The position numbers and the translations under genes were made by a program. This document shows, one piece after another, positions 28,541-41,311 of a stretch of DNA of 64,000 nt (within the stretch, counting starts at the first letter, position 1; every line of letters starts with the position of its first letter). The notes beneath the pieces were generated by a model. That model was given only the letters and a program-made list of their open reading frames with translations. It was not told the DNA's origin and did not search any database. The stretch comes from Eledone cirrhosa (lineage: Eukaryota): assembly GCA_964016885.1 (NCBI GenBank), contig OZ024746.1, positions 20,646,001 to 20,710,000 of the forward strand, in the 5' to 3' direction.

Positions 28541-29220
28541 CTCCCATTATCCCTCCCTCTATATCTATAACCAACAAATTCTCCCCCTCTCTATATCTAA
28601 CCATCAAAACACTCTCCCAATCTTTATATCAATCATCTTCAAACTCTCCCCTAGCCAGCTCTACCATACTCTTGTAATCGTTCTCTCTGTATCCCCCCCC
28701 CTCTATATCTTTTACAAGAATATCTCATCCAGCCTCTCTATATATTTAGCAATATTTATCTCTCACAACCGCCTTATTATATATACAACCATTAAAATCT
28801 ACCCCTTTCTATATCTACTACACGACGCTATCTCTTTCAATACCCTATATCAATTAACACCAAACTCTCCCCCCTCTCTATAACTACTACATGGTACTCT
28901 CTTCCAATCCCCCTCTCTATATCAATTAACACCAAACTCTCACTCTCTTTATATCTAATATACAACACACTCTCCCAACATCCCTCTCGGTATCAATTAC
29001 CACCAAACTATCCCCTCTGTATATCTACCATACAACATTCTCTCTCATCCCATCTCACTCTATCTATCACTATCAGACTCTCCTCCTCACTATATCTATC
29101 AATACCTATCTCTATCAATCTCTTCACTCTATTAATTACCACCAAACTCTCCCCCTCTCTATATCTACTACACGGAACTCTCTTTCAATACCCCTCTCTA
29201 TAGCTATCGCTCCCATCTGT
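28540..29220. repeat. Degenerate CT-rich minisatellite (about 30/60-bp period)
   Basis: Recurring ctctcccccctctatatc(ta/aat)...caccaaa units. Confidence 0.75.
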
Positions 29221-29760
29221 CTCTACATAACAAGTACATAAATTGTAGCGCATTTAGAAATAGATGTGTGTTTTGGTATAGTTTAAGGTGAAATATATAA
29301 TTATTTGGGGGTGGGGCATGGCACCCTGGCTCCCTCAGTTCCACCGCCCCCGATACACACACACACGCACACATATAATATATGATATAATATAATTTAG
29401 TATATATATATATATATAAATAAATATACACGGGTGTGTATGATTGTGTATAGAAGATTATATTAATAAAAGGAATTCCAACTTTGTCTGATTTACTCGT
29501 TTTATTTACAATCCTTTAAAATTATAATGATATTATAATGAAATAGTATGGTAGAATATTAAATGTTAATTGAACAAGTACTTTCATGGTTTCGTAATCT
29601 TCAGGTTCATATTCAGTGGTGACAGTCAAGTTTGCAATTTTCAACTGTGAAAGCATGAAAGTACTTGTTCAATTAACATTTAATATTCTACCATACTATT
29701 TCATTATAATATCATTATAATTTTAAAGGAGTAAATCAGACAAAGTTGGAATTCCTTTTA

Positions 29761-29794
<34 letters not shown>

Positions 29795-30088
29795 TATATA
29801 TATATATTAATACCTTATCATTCCACAATGCTTCAAGCAAACTTCAATACTCTCATATTAATATATATATATTAATATATATTGTTATACTTGGGGAGGG
29901 TCATATTTGTGTAATATTGCCAGAATTAATAATATTAATATATATATATATTAATATATGGAAAGTTATATTTAAATTGTTGTGTTACAACTAGTAAATA
30001 TTTATAACTGATATAAAAACACTCGACAAATATTTGGAGTATATTTACAATATTAAATAAATGGAAACTATATTTATAAAACCATATT

Positions 30089-30154
30089 TATTTCATTATA
30101 TATATTTCAGGGATAACATATTAACAATATGCTATGCCTTCCTCAGACAAAATA
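30089..30154 (-). ncRNA. Type-I hammerhead ribozyme (left arm of an inverted pair)
   Basis: Reverse complement of 30756-30821. Confidence 0.85.
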
Positions 30155-30755
30155 CAATATAAACAGTTTTATAGATAAATAGATTCGACATACCGTAACA
30201 ACATCTACTTGCATTTGAGAAGGTTGATTTGGTTGTGACAAAATTGTACACAGAGAGAAAGAAAGAGAGAGAGAAAGAGAGAAAAAGAGAGAAAAAAAGG
30301 AAAGAAAGACAGAAAACGAAGAAAAAGAAAAAGAAGAAGAAATGCATGGAACAAAATAGAGAGATGGAAAGATAGATAAAGAGAGGAACTTCATGTAAAG
30401 AAACAGAAAGAGATATATATATATATATAGAGAGAGGAAATAGAGATAGATACATATATAAAAACTGTTGAATAACGTATCAATGATACATTTATTTATT
30501 TATTTATTCATTTAGCTCTAGTATTAATGTAAGGGAGATATATGGAGGGAAAACCAGCTGTTATATAGGGAGAGAAAAAATATAGAGAGAGAAAAAAAGA
30601 GAGAGAGAAAATTCAAAAACATCCAGACACAGGCGAGGCGTACAAACCTCTGTTTTAATGTAGAGGTACTAGTATTTACAAAACCAGCCTCTGCATTGTA
30701 AATATCAGTATTCCTGAATGAGATATGTATCCACACTATAAAACTGTTTATATTG

Positions 30756-30821
30756 TATTTTGTCTGAGGAAGGCATAGCATATTGTTAATATGTTATCCC
30801 TGAAATATATATAATGAAATA
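30756..30821 (+). ncRNA. Type-I hammerhead ribozyme (right arm)
   Basis: UAUUUUGU-CUGAGGA-[aggcauagcauauu/aauauguuaucccu]-GAAA-UAUAUA-UA-AUGAAAUA. Confidence 0.85.
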
Positions 30822-30928
30822 AATATGGTTTTATAAATATAGTTTCCATTTATTTAATATTGTATATATTAATATATATATTTATATATATATATTAATA
30901 TATATATATTAATATATATATATATATA

Positions 30929-30964
<36 letters not shown>

Positions 30965-31144
30965 TATATATATATTAATATATATATATATATTAATATA
31001 TATATATTAATATATATATATATATATTAATATATATATATTAATATATATATATATATATTAATATATATATATATATATATATATATTAATATATATA
31101 TATATATATATATATATTAATATATATATATATATATATATATA

Positions 31145-31203
<59 letters not shown>

Positions 31204-31614
31204 ATTTATTTATTTATTTATTTATTCATATATAAATCATTACAATAATAATTCAAAAACATTAGAATCACATACATTCCTCAAGGGAAATAAAGCTAAA
31301 ATTTATATAAAAAAAACAACAACATTGATATTATCTCATATAATCTAATATTTAACAATTTATTTTTGTCTACTTCCTTCGATTTGGTGGTATATTGATT
31401 TTAGTCTATTGATTCTGATCTAATGATTGTCTGCCACTTTAAAATTAACATTATATTTGATTTAATGCTGCAATAACTGATCTGTTTAAATCCCCTTAGT
31501 TTTCAAAAGCACATTAAACTAATTTCGGTAGCTCGTGGTCGATTTAACTGAAATATTGGCGTGACCGATCATTATCACTAATTTCCCGTAACTTAGATTG
31601 AATAAAAGGAGTAT

Positions 31615-31972
31615 ACAAGGGTCGGATGAAAAGTTCATAGGCTGAAAGACGATTTAAAAAAATTAAAACTTTCTTATATAACGTTTCGTAAAAATACTAA
31701 CAACTGTTCCATCTAAGATAGCAAAAGTACAAGACTACTATAAGACTACAAGACTACTACGTGGAGATATTTATGTGCGAGGGACGGCTGAAAAGTTCAT
31801 AGGATGAAAAAGTTATTAGGCTGACCAAGATACTCTCATGAAATGGCCCAATGAGGTTTATTTTTCAACATAGTCCCTGGAAAGAAACAATGCAGTTATT
31901 AATAAGAAGAATTGAAATTAATGCATGCAAGATTTCACAGCTCTAGCCATACTTCTTTACAGTCAGCCTACC
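31615..31972. mobile_element. Composite mariner-type MITE; right end interrupted by a SINE
   Basis: TIRs at about 31615 and 31778 enclose a segment of about 110 bp that is also present at 5460-5565. Confidence 0.75.
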
Positions 31973-31974
31973 GT

Positions 31975-32300
31975 TGCATTGGATTTGCAATCGCGAGGTT
32001 GTGAGTTCGGTTCTCGGATCGGGTGATGTGTTGTGCTTTTCAGCAAGACTTTATTTCACGTTTGCTCCAGTTTACTCAGCTGTAGAAATGAGTTGCGACA
32101 TCACTGGTGCCAAGCTGTATCGGTCATTGCCTTCTTTCCCTTGGACAATATCAGTGGCATGGAGAAGGGAGTCTGGTATGTATGGGCAACTACTGGTCTT
32201 CCACAAACAACCTTGCATGGACTTCTGCTTCCGAGGGGAACTTTCTAGGTATAAATCCCATGGTCATTCTTCACTGATGGGTCTCTCTACTCTTTTACCT
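31975..32300 (+). mobile_element. tRNA-derived SINE, family C
   Basis: B-box-like GAGTTCGGTTCT; homologous along its length to 52597-52936. Confidence 0.8.
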
Positions 32301-33932
32301 TTCCTAAACAGATATATTTTTCTATTCTTTTTTCCTATCATTTTTGTTATAACTCAAATTTAAGAACACTTCTTTTACTTATTAACTTGAAAATCTATCT
32401 AAATCTTACTCCCGAGCGCACTGATAATTTTGAATATCTAAAGAATTCTTTTTAACTCAATGGTTCAACAATTATTAACTTAAGAACGTTATTATTTATG
32501 CATTAACTTAAACACTCTCCACGTTCTAAAACAATTCTTGAGTAGAATACTTTCCACTTAAGACTTAAGAATGTTTTCTCTAAATTTCCCTACTTAGTCT
32601 AGTTATTGTATCTATATATATAATTCTCTCCTTTTCTCTGTATAAGCACTAACGACTCAGTTTATTCTTGTTACCATTCTTTAGACTACTATTTTGGTCA
32701 CACTCGGCCAGAAATTTTATTTATTCAGTTTCTTACAACGTAGCTATGATATTTCAAGAAAGCGAAATCGACGTTCCCAGTTTCGGCCCCCACCGACAGT
32801 ACTGTTGGTCCATTCAGAGGTACAGTGTATATAGAAAGAGTTAAATACTATCTTGTAGTATTTTACAAGATGAAAATGAAACAAAACTTATATGTCGAGG
32901 ACAAAGTACTTATATAATTAAATGTTCGATATTTAAGTCGAGCAATGAGTTACGAAGATGGTCAGTTAGACACATAGAGACAATAAAACAAACAAACAAA
33001 CAGATTAGGTGATGCACAGAGAGGAAAGGGTGGGCTAGTAGGGATAGCCATCTTTGAACGGTGTGGTGGCACCGAGGCAAAGTAGTGCGTATGTTTGTTA
33101 TACAAATATAAACATTTATTTGCGAGTACAACTATTTGTGAGCGTTATAAATATAAAGTGAAATCTTATGTGCGATGTGATGCATGTATATGCACATCGC
33201 TAATGATAAATGCAAATATACTCAATGCAAATATACTTAATATCTTTCCACAACTTTATTATACAAATTCTGTTAGTGTTTCAAATATAAATATAACATG
33301 ACAGAATGAAGCTAGAATAATTTTTAAACTCTGCATAATATAACCAAAAATTAGAAGAATGGCTTCGGTTTCAATATAGCCAAAAATTTGAAGAATAGCT
33401 TCAGTATCAATCCATTTTGGGATTAGTATTAAGACATTTGAGAATATCTGATTTCTTTCAAATAATTTTCTATCGTAGATATATCTGGCATATTGATATC
33501 CTGTAATTGGTTTTCTTTAATGTACATCTGTAAATGAACTGATCATATATTTGAAGAGTTTCGAATGCAATTTGATTAAAGTTGGATCTTTGTATCTTTA
33601 TGCTCTATTCCCAAAGAACAAAGGATATTGTCGTAAACTTTGACAAGAAGATTTCGTATAGAACATAGCGAACAAGTATTTCATATACTGAGAGAATAGA
33701 ATAAACAACGTACCCGTAATATTAATTTCCGTTCCATTCAGCATCTGATCAACTGAGAGAACAATGTAGAGATTTTAAACGTCAACACTAAATGAAAGTT
33801 TCTTCTAACCTTTTCAAAATGTTTTAAAATATAATCTGATCAAAATATAACTAACATTACAATAGAAACGAATGATTGTGGGTGGTTAAGTTCATGCTAA
33901 GCTGAGTAGTTCACATCAGTATATACCCCTCT

Positions 33933-33987
<55 letters not shown>

Positions 33988-34388
33988 GTAGAGGTTATAT
34001 TTAATTTGTTGGGATACAACAAGCAAAATATTTTTATAACTGATATAAAGCACTCAACAAATTATTGGAGTAAATATATATTTTAGTAAATATATATTTT
34101 CTTCGCCTCTTCTCTCAAAATTACGCTATTCTCTCTCACTTAAACGTACTCAGGTTTTTTTCTCTTTCTTTCTTTTCTTTCTTTCGTTTTTTCTCTTTTT
34201 TTCTCTTTCTTTTTTTCCCTATTCCAACGGTTTAATTTAAATATACTGTTATTTAAACCTTTCCGACACTAATTTGCATAATAAACCAACAATAAATCTA
34301 ATAACTCCACTATCCAGGAGATTCCAACCAGAATGGTTGCATTTTTTAAGGGTATATCAATATTTATTTATAAAACTAACCTATATTA

Positions 34389-34454
34389 TATTTTATCTGA
34401 TGAAAGCGCACCATAGTTTACCTTGGTGGCCCTTGAAATATGTATAATGAAATA
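34389..34454 (+). ncRNA. Type-I hammerhead ribozyme
   Basis: UAUUUUAU-CUGAUGA-[aagcgcacca/uggugg cccuu]-GAAA-UAUGUA-UA-AUGAAAUA; downstream tail shared with 30822 and 41130. Confidence 0.85.
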
Positions 34455-34492
34455 TATATGTTTTTATAAATATAGTTTCCATTTGTTAATAT

Positions 34493-34541
<49 letters not shown>

Positions 34542-34598
34542 GTGTATAGTAGCTATGGTGCTTCCATAGGCGGTATGCCAAAATTAGCACTCGATATT

Positions 34599-34684
<86 letters not shown>

Positions 34685-36110
34685 AGGTAGGATAGACCCC
34701 TAGCTGAAGCAGTTTCGGCTAGTGACACCCTGAGCTCGCGCGGTCGATCTTCTACATCACTAATATACCCAGGTTGCATCATACCATGTATCGAGAACTA
34801 CACTGATTCGTGGTCTTCCCCATATCCGTACCGCAAACAGAAGAAGAAGAAGAAGAAGAAGAAGAAGCTGTGGTTGTGAGCTCCTGTTTCAACTTGGTGT
34901 TTAGGGTTTTAAATCCTTTATCTCCAAATTGCCACACACCAGTTTTTCTTTTTTGGAGCTTTGCGAAATTGTTCTATGTGTTAAATAACATTTCATGATT
35001 ACAATGATTTGTGAGCTACTTTTTCGCAAGAAATAATATAATTATTACGTTACGAGTTCAGGCTTTTTACTTGCATATCGATTATATGGCTTGAATGTGA
35101 TAGCCACCACATATATCATGAGATTTATGTTTCGTAGGTTGCTTTCACACATCTGGACTGTGTGACTTTCAGATAATTGCCTGTTATTTAATTTACTACC
35201 CCCAATTTCAATTTAGAGGGCTCCTTTCATATATTAGTGTTGTATGGCCTGTCACTCAAATTAAGCTTGTGAACCTGCTGAAAGAGATCACTTGTAAGGT
35301 GTCCAAAAGTTTTCGTTGTTCTTCTCATCCTACAGTAAAGTTATGGATTTCAGCTAGATGTGTGTTGCTTACTGCTATATCTAGCTGAACATTCTGGCTG
35401 TCCATCACTGGTAACATTGAAGCTGTTATTGTAGTTTCTATTAATGATAGTCGGCAGGAAATCTTCAATGGCTGGCTTTGTAATGCTAGCCTGCTTTGAA
35501 TTAACTAGTTCAGTTAAATATACTCGCTCACATCTAATGGTGCATTTTGCTTGTTAATTTAAATGTTTGCGGGGAAAGTCTAGTTCCAAGTGCTTCAAGT
35601 TCCACAGACTATTTTTAGCCTTTGTATAAGATAGAATGTTTTTGGCTCAAATTGTATACACACTTCATTAAAATCTTTGTTAAGGTTCGAGCTCCATTCT
35701 ATAATATGACTGTACGTTTAGACATACGTTTAGCCATGATGATTTTGTCTATTCACTGATAATTATATTTAATTTTAAAAATAGATGATCTTTAAGTTTC
35801 GAGAAAATGTTGTCACAATTTAATTTAAAGTTGTTCACAGTTTTGGTAATCAGTTCTTTCAGATTGTTTTTAATTGTACAATTGTATTTAAACATACTTA
35901 TTTAGCGTTTTGTGGAGAATTGTGTTGAAGCGTTGCTTGGTTTATTTCATACAGTTACAACGCTCTGTTTATAGATATGTATGTTATTATATATGTAGTG
36001 TTTAAATTCTTATATAGAAATATTTGTATGTCATCTTATCACATTTTGAAGCTCAAGGTTTCCATAATATGTTATACCGCCTTCATATAAGATATCATTA
36101 CATCTATCAG

Positions 36111-36147
<37 letters not shown>

Positions 36148-36181
36148 TATCAGTCTGTCTGACTGGCTATCTATCTACCTA

Positions 36182-36832
36182 CAGGACATCGAAACCGTTC
36201 TGCACGCAATTGTTCAGTGCCCAGCGGTGACCGACCTGTGGAATTATGTCGAACAGCTGCTGTCACGTGTGGGACGCATCCAGTTGTCAGCCGAGTCCAT
36301 CGTGAGGATCACCCTGCCGCCTTCATTTAAGAACGAAGGAGAGGCGGTTTTCCTCTGTCTGGTGGTTATGGCGAAAGAGGTAATATGGTGGACGAGGTTA
36401 AAAGGACTGAGGGCAAATACCTTTCTCTCCGGACAACAACTTATCCCCTTCTTTAAGTATCACTTCAGAAGGAAGGTGAGAGTGGAGAGAGAGGTGCTAC
36501 ACCCAGTAAATTCGCTGAAAGGTGGGTGAATGTGGCAAAAATGGCCCGAGTGAATGGGCCTTCTTTGTATATAAACCTGTAGGTTGAGGAAGATAAACAG
36601 AGGGAAGACAGGAACACCTACAAAACGTGTTCCTGGTGTTGAGGGTTGTTCTATCCACGGGGTGTAAAACAACCCTGCAGTAACGTTCCCCCCTACTGGG
36701 GATTTCAATTGTTATTTTATTATATATAGTTTATTGTTATTTATTAATGTTGAAGTTATTTTTATGTAAAACCCCCGCCGTCACGTCTTGTAACGTCCCA
36801 TTTTTGTACGCCCCCGTGGCAAATAAAGAAAG
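36182..36832 (+). mobile_element. L1/Tx1-like LINE 3' fragment
   Basis: ETVLHAIVQCPAVTDLW (end of a CCHC knuckle) followed by a C-terminal domain, a T-rich UTR and AATAAA; (CTAT/CTAC)n on both sides. Confidence 0.7.
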
Positions 36833-36888
36833 ATATCTACCTACCTACCTACCTACCTACCTACCTACCTACCTATCTATCTACCTAT

Positions 36889-37372
36889 ATGCATCGTATC
36901 CGCCACATCTTCGCCTGTTCATCCATCCACGTAGTGTATGCTCTCTCGTGTTCCCTTTGCGTGTCCTTATACATCGGACAAACAGGTCTCCGTTTGGCAG
37001 ACCGTTTTGCTGAACACTTGAGGGAGATACAACTCGGCATGGATACATCCGTCGCTCGTCATTTCCGTACCCTAGGCCACTCATCCCTACATGTCTCAGT
37101 GGTGTCCTTCTACATCATGGATCACAGGCCTTATGCACCAGGACTGAGAGAAAAGTCTAATTTTTCGCCTTGGGACCAGTTTCCCCAATGGACTCAACTC
37201 CCTCCCCAATTTCTTTAATCTTACATACATACGCCCGTGCTTACTTCTCTATCCCTAGCCACTTTCACCCTCACCGCGTCCGTTGTCACATACGCGGGAG
37301 TACATATATCCCTAGATTCCTATGGCCTTATCATGTCGTTTGCTTTGTTATTTCTCTTTGCCTTTTGCATAT

Positions 37373-37380
<8 letters not shown>
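36889..37380 (+). mobile_element. Penelope-like element 3' fragment, frameshifted GIY-YIG endonuclease
   Basis: VVYALSCSLCVSLYIGQTGLRLADRFAEH...VARHF; second frame gives LIFRLGTSFPNGLN; ends at (TA)n. Confidence 0.9.
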
Positions 37381-37431
<51 letters not shown>

Positions 37432-37925
37432 AATTTGAGTGTTTGCATGTCTTTTCATAATCCACTCGTAAAGTGTATCTTCTAAAGTGCTCACATGGAA
37501 TGCAAAGTAATCACAAAACTAAGAGTAACATGTTATACATCAATTATTATATGAGAAAAAAAATCTAATTGTGTCAGAAAGTTGTCCTGGTTGTCTTGTG
37601 TATCGGACACAGTTGACTGCTTCACTGCTGGGAAGAGACAATATAATCAATCATAACCGATTTTTAAATAAGAGCGATATAAAAACTAACTTTTTTTTCA
37701 TTGACAAAGAAGTAGGGGATTACTAGTCATTGTTATAACATACCTTGATTTTACTGATGTATTGGCAATACTTACAGAAGTGTATCAAGCCCAAGGAGCG
37801 CTTTTGAGAACTGAGGACATGTCATTGGTTGGTGTATATATATATATCCCGGGTTCAATCGAGGGTAACCACAGTAAGTAAGGTACTCAATACAAAGCAG
37901 AGTATAAATATTTACTATAGAAATG

Positions 37926-37974
37926 GCTTCTACAGGACTAGAACAGTTTCATTCGGGAGAAATCATCAGGAAGC
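37926..37974 (-). ncRNA. Type-I hammerhead ribozyme overlapping a 35-bp palindrome (37939-38008)
   Basis: GCUUC-CUGAUGA-uuucucccgaau-GAAAC-uguucuaguccu-GUA-GAAGC. Confidence 0.75.
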
Positions 37975-38229
37975 TTCCTGATGATTTCTCCCGAATGAAA
38001 CAGTTCTATATATATAATATATATATACACACATACATATATACAAGTATATATATACACATATACATATATACAAGCACACATACAAGTTTATAACACC
38101 CCACCTTGAAGAATATCTCTATACAATACAGGAACAAGAAATCCCTACCAAATATCTGCTACACAAAAGAGGAGGGCCATCAGTGGACAATAAATGGAGG
38201 CTATGTAAAAAAAAAATCTAAGATGTTAG

Positions 38230-38515
38230 CCACATTATTGGCAACTGTGAAAGAATGTCGTCTCGTTACTACCCTCTATAAGACACAATGTGATAGCTAG
38301 AATCATTTGGAAGGCATTAAGGAAAACAAAATTAAAAACAAATGAGGAGGAATATGTTGAGATAGATGGTACTAAGGAATACTGGTGGAACCTGAAAATA
38401 AAACCTGACACCAAATTAAAGCACAACCGGCCTGATATTGTTGTTCGGGACCACACATTGAAAACAGGCTCAGTTGTATAGAGATCAGTTGCCCTCTTGA
38501 TGATAACGTTGCAAG
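38230..38515 (+). pseudogene. Old RLE-LINE endonuclease remnant
   Basis: RHNVIARIIW...KEYWWN...KHNRPDIVVRD...EISCP, frameshifted; paralogous to the 26489 ORF. Confidence 0.8.
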
Positions 38516-38678
38516 AGCTTCTAGATGACCATTGCTCCCTCTCCCAGTATATTGATTTCAGTTTGCCCGTTATCTTATCGATCTGTATTTTATTGATTGG
38601 ACAAGGATTAATTACGGAAAACACGCGTCTGTTAATGGACATTGTTGTTTCAAACACGTAATCATATATACACGGACA

Positions 38679-38826
38679 AAGGCGGTGGATTGGCAGTATC
38701 GGTAGAGGGTCGGACGCCATGCTTTGCAGCATACAGCTACGGCCCTATATGATCTGAGTTCAAATCCCGCCGAGGTTAACTTTGCCTTTCATCCTTACGG
38801 GGTCGGTAAAATAAAGTACCAGTCAC
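38679..38826 (+). mobile_element. 3'-truncated family-A SINE fused to the PLE
   Basis: A/B boxes and core; ends at taccagtcac, where the PLE RT sequence begins. Confidence 0.9.
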
Positions 38827-41100
38827 CACATGTGAAACACACCGCCTAAGCAACTTCCTAGATATTCTGCTTAAACCTTTCCTAAAACATATAAAAAGCT
38901 TCATAAGGGACGACCTTGACATGCTCAACCACCTCCCAACAACACTCAATAACGAACATACCCTACTAGTAACCTTTGATGTCATCAATTTATATTCCAA
39001 TATCCCACACAACCCAGGTATAGAGGCAATACAATTCTGGATGGAAAATTTCCCTAGTGAACTCCCACACGCATCCCTAAAGAATTTATGTTGGAGGGAC
39101 TCAAATTCATCTTGGAAAACAATTTCTTCGAATTCAATGCCAAATACTACAGACAGAAATCTGGGACTGCCATGGGCATGAAAGTAGCCCCCTCATACGC
39201 CAACCTTGTCATGGGATATTTGGAAACCACTCTCTACCGCAAAGTTCTAGACAAATACGACAACCACTTCTACCAACACACAGAAAAGAACTGGAAGAGA
39301 TATCTGGACGACTGCTTCATCCCCTGGCATGAAAGTATAGATAGACTGTTTGAGTTTAAAATCCTTCTGAATGGACTCAACACAAACTTACAATTCATAA
39401 TGGATTACAGCCATAGACAATTCCCTTTCCTCGACATCCTCATCAAGAAAACAAGCAACAAAATAGAAACAGACATATACTACAAACCCACAGACTCCAA
39501 ACAATACCTTCCATTCAACTTGTGCCACCCTAGATACACCAAAATGGCAATTCCTTATAACCTAGCCAGAAGGATCTGCACAATAGTTTCAGATAAATAC
39601 ACACGCTACACACGACTAGAAGAATTAAAAAACACACTTATCAGCAGAAACTACCCACCATCCCTAATCACCAATGGATTCCAACGTGCCCTAAAACTAG
39701 ATATCCAGGAACTCAGACATCCCAAACCCAGGAATGAACCGCAACAAAAAACTCTACCATACATCTCCACACACAACCCCCTCAACAATGAGGCATTCGA
39801 CACCATCCTCCAGAACATTCCTTTACTAAAAAGAGACCCAAGAATGAACAAAATCCTCCAAACACATAACCTCATAAAGAGCCATAAATCCATAAAAAAC
39901 ATCCTCACACAAGCCAAAATCCAACAAACCCTCACAATGAACCCTACAGTAACAAAATGCGGAAGGCCCAACTGTGGCATATGCATAAAACTAATAGAAG
40001 GTTCAACATTCCATTTTAAACAAGGACAGCGTTTCACAGTTAAACACAACTTTACATGTGCATCTGAAAACCTTATCTATGTGTTGACCTGCTCAGGTTG
40101 CCAAGAGCACTACATAGGACAGACAAAAAACAGCCTCCGTCATAAATCATAAATTAAAATACAGGAATACAGAAAGATTGCATTTAGTGAACATATCGCC
40201 AATTGTGCTCTCAACCAACATCCAAACTTTAAAATTTCCCCCATTTACAAATTCATAGACAACGCTACTTTCATTCAACGTACCAATAAGGAAACATATT
40301 TCATTAATAAATTTCAACCCTTACTTAATGCTCTAAAAATCGGACCAATCTAAAACTGCAACAAACAATCAAACATTTACAAGAGTTACCTCCCTCACAC
40401 CCCACCTAATTCTTTTTCTCAAATAAATTAAATATCATCCAGCAAGAATTGCTTCCCCCTGCATATTAACTCTCTAAAAAGGGAAATCATAACAAACCTC
40501 AGTCCACCATTTGCCTCCATCACGGAATCATGGATCAACTAAGCCCTCTTGCTATATTAACACATTTTGATCTGCTTAACTTCAATGACTTTGCTTGTAA
40601 ATAACATTATATTTTCTCTTCCACATTGACTTTTTACGTTCCACATTATGCACGTTTTTTTTCCTTTTTCTTTTTTCTTTTCACTTCATAAACCTTGTTT
40701 GTAAATAACATTATTATTTCTGCACCTTCTGTTTAACATGTGCGACACCACACTAATACATTTCACTATCATTTAATAATGCATAAAAATGCTGAAACCG
40801 GTAATAGACAATAATTAAATATATAAATAGATAAATAAATGCCATTGTTAAATAATACATAAATCAACTAATACCTTAACACTTCACACAAAGTAAAACA
40901 TTTCGTTTTAATCATTTTCTAACCCAGAAAAAAGAGAGAGAGAAACAAAAAAGGAAAAAACAAAATTTTTCTTCCTAATAATCGTCTCTTTCTCCCTGTT
41001 TTCATATATATATATATAATATTAATTCAAAATATTAACAAAATTGTAAAACTCATTCTTTGATGTATTCATTGAACCTTGTTTAACTCTTAAATATATA
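38826..41100 (+). mobile_element. 5'-truncated Penelope-like retroelement (Neptune-like): RT plus GIY-YIG, coding 38826-40353 with one frameshift (about 39075) and one in-frame stop (40150)
   Basis: LVTFDVINLYSNI, GTAMG..APSYANL, RYLDD, TDIYYKPT, linker CGRPNCGIC, LIYVLTC..C...YIGQT; read-through gives KETYFINKFQPLLN; the 3' UTR boundary is approximate. Confidence 0.93.
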
Positions 41101-41164
41101 TATATATATATATATAAATACAATGATATTAAATAAATGGAAACTATATTTATAAAACCATATT

Positions 41165-41225
41165 TATTCTATTATATATATTTCAAGGGTACCAAAACTT
41201 TGGTACGCTCTCATCAGATAAAATA
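41165..41225 (-). ncRNA. Type-I hammerhead ribozyme, antisense to the upstream PLE
   Basis: UAUUUUAU-CUGAUGA-[gagcguaccaaa/uuugguacccuu]-GAAA-UAUAUA-UA-AUAGAAUA. Confidence 0.88.
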
Positions 41226-41311
41226 CAAAGTTTGTTTTATAAATATTGACATAACCAGAAAAAAGTACCTTAACGGTTCAAGTTTTTCCACGAAAAACTT
41301 GAACCGTTAAG

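Noticed and set aside
33430-33765. Possible small minus-strand coding exons (DQMLNGTEINIT; MYIKENQLQDINMPD...)
   Set aside because: Splice-like sites exist but the phases do not join into a convincing ORF and no homology is recognisable
35000-35950. Decayed coding-like sequence on the minus strand
   Set aside because: Multiple stops and no motif I can identify
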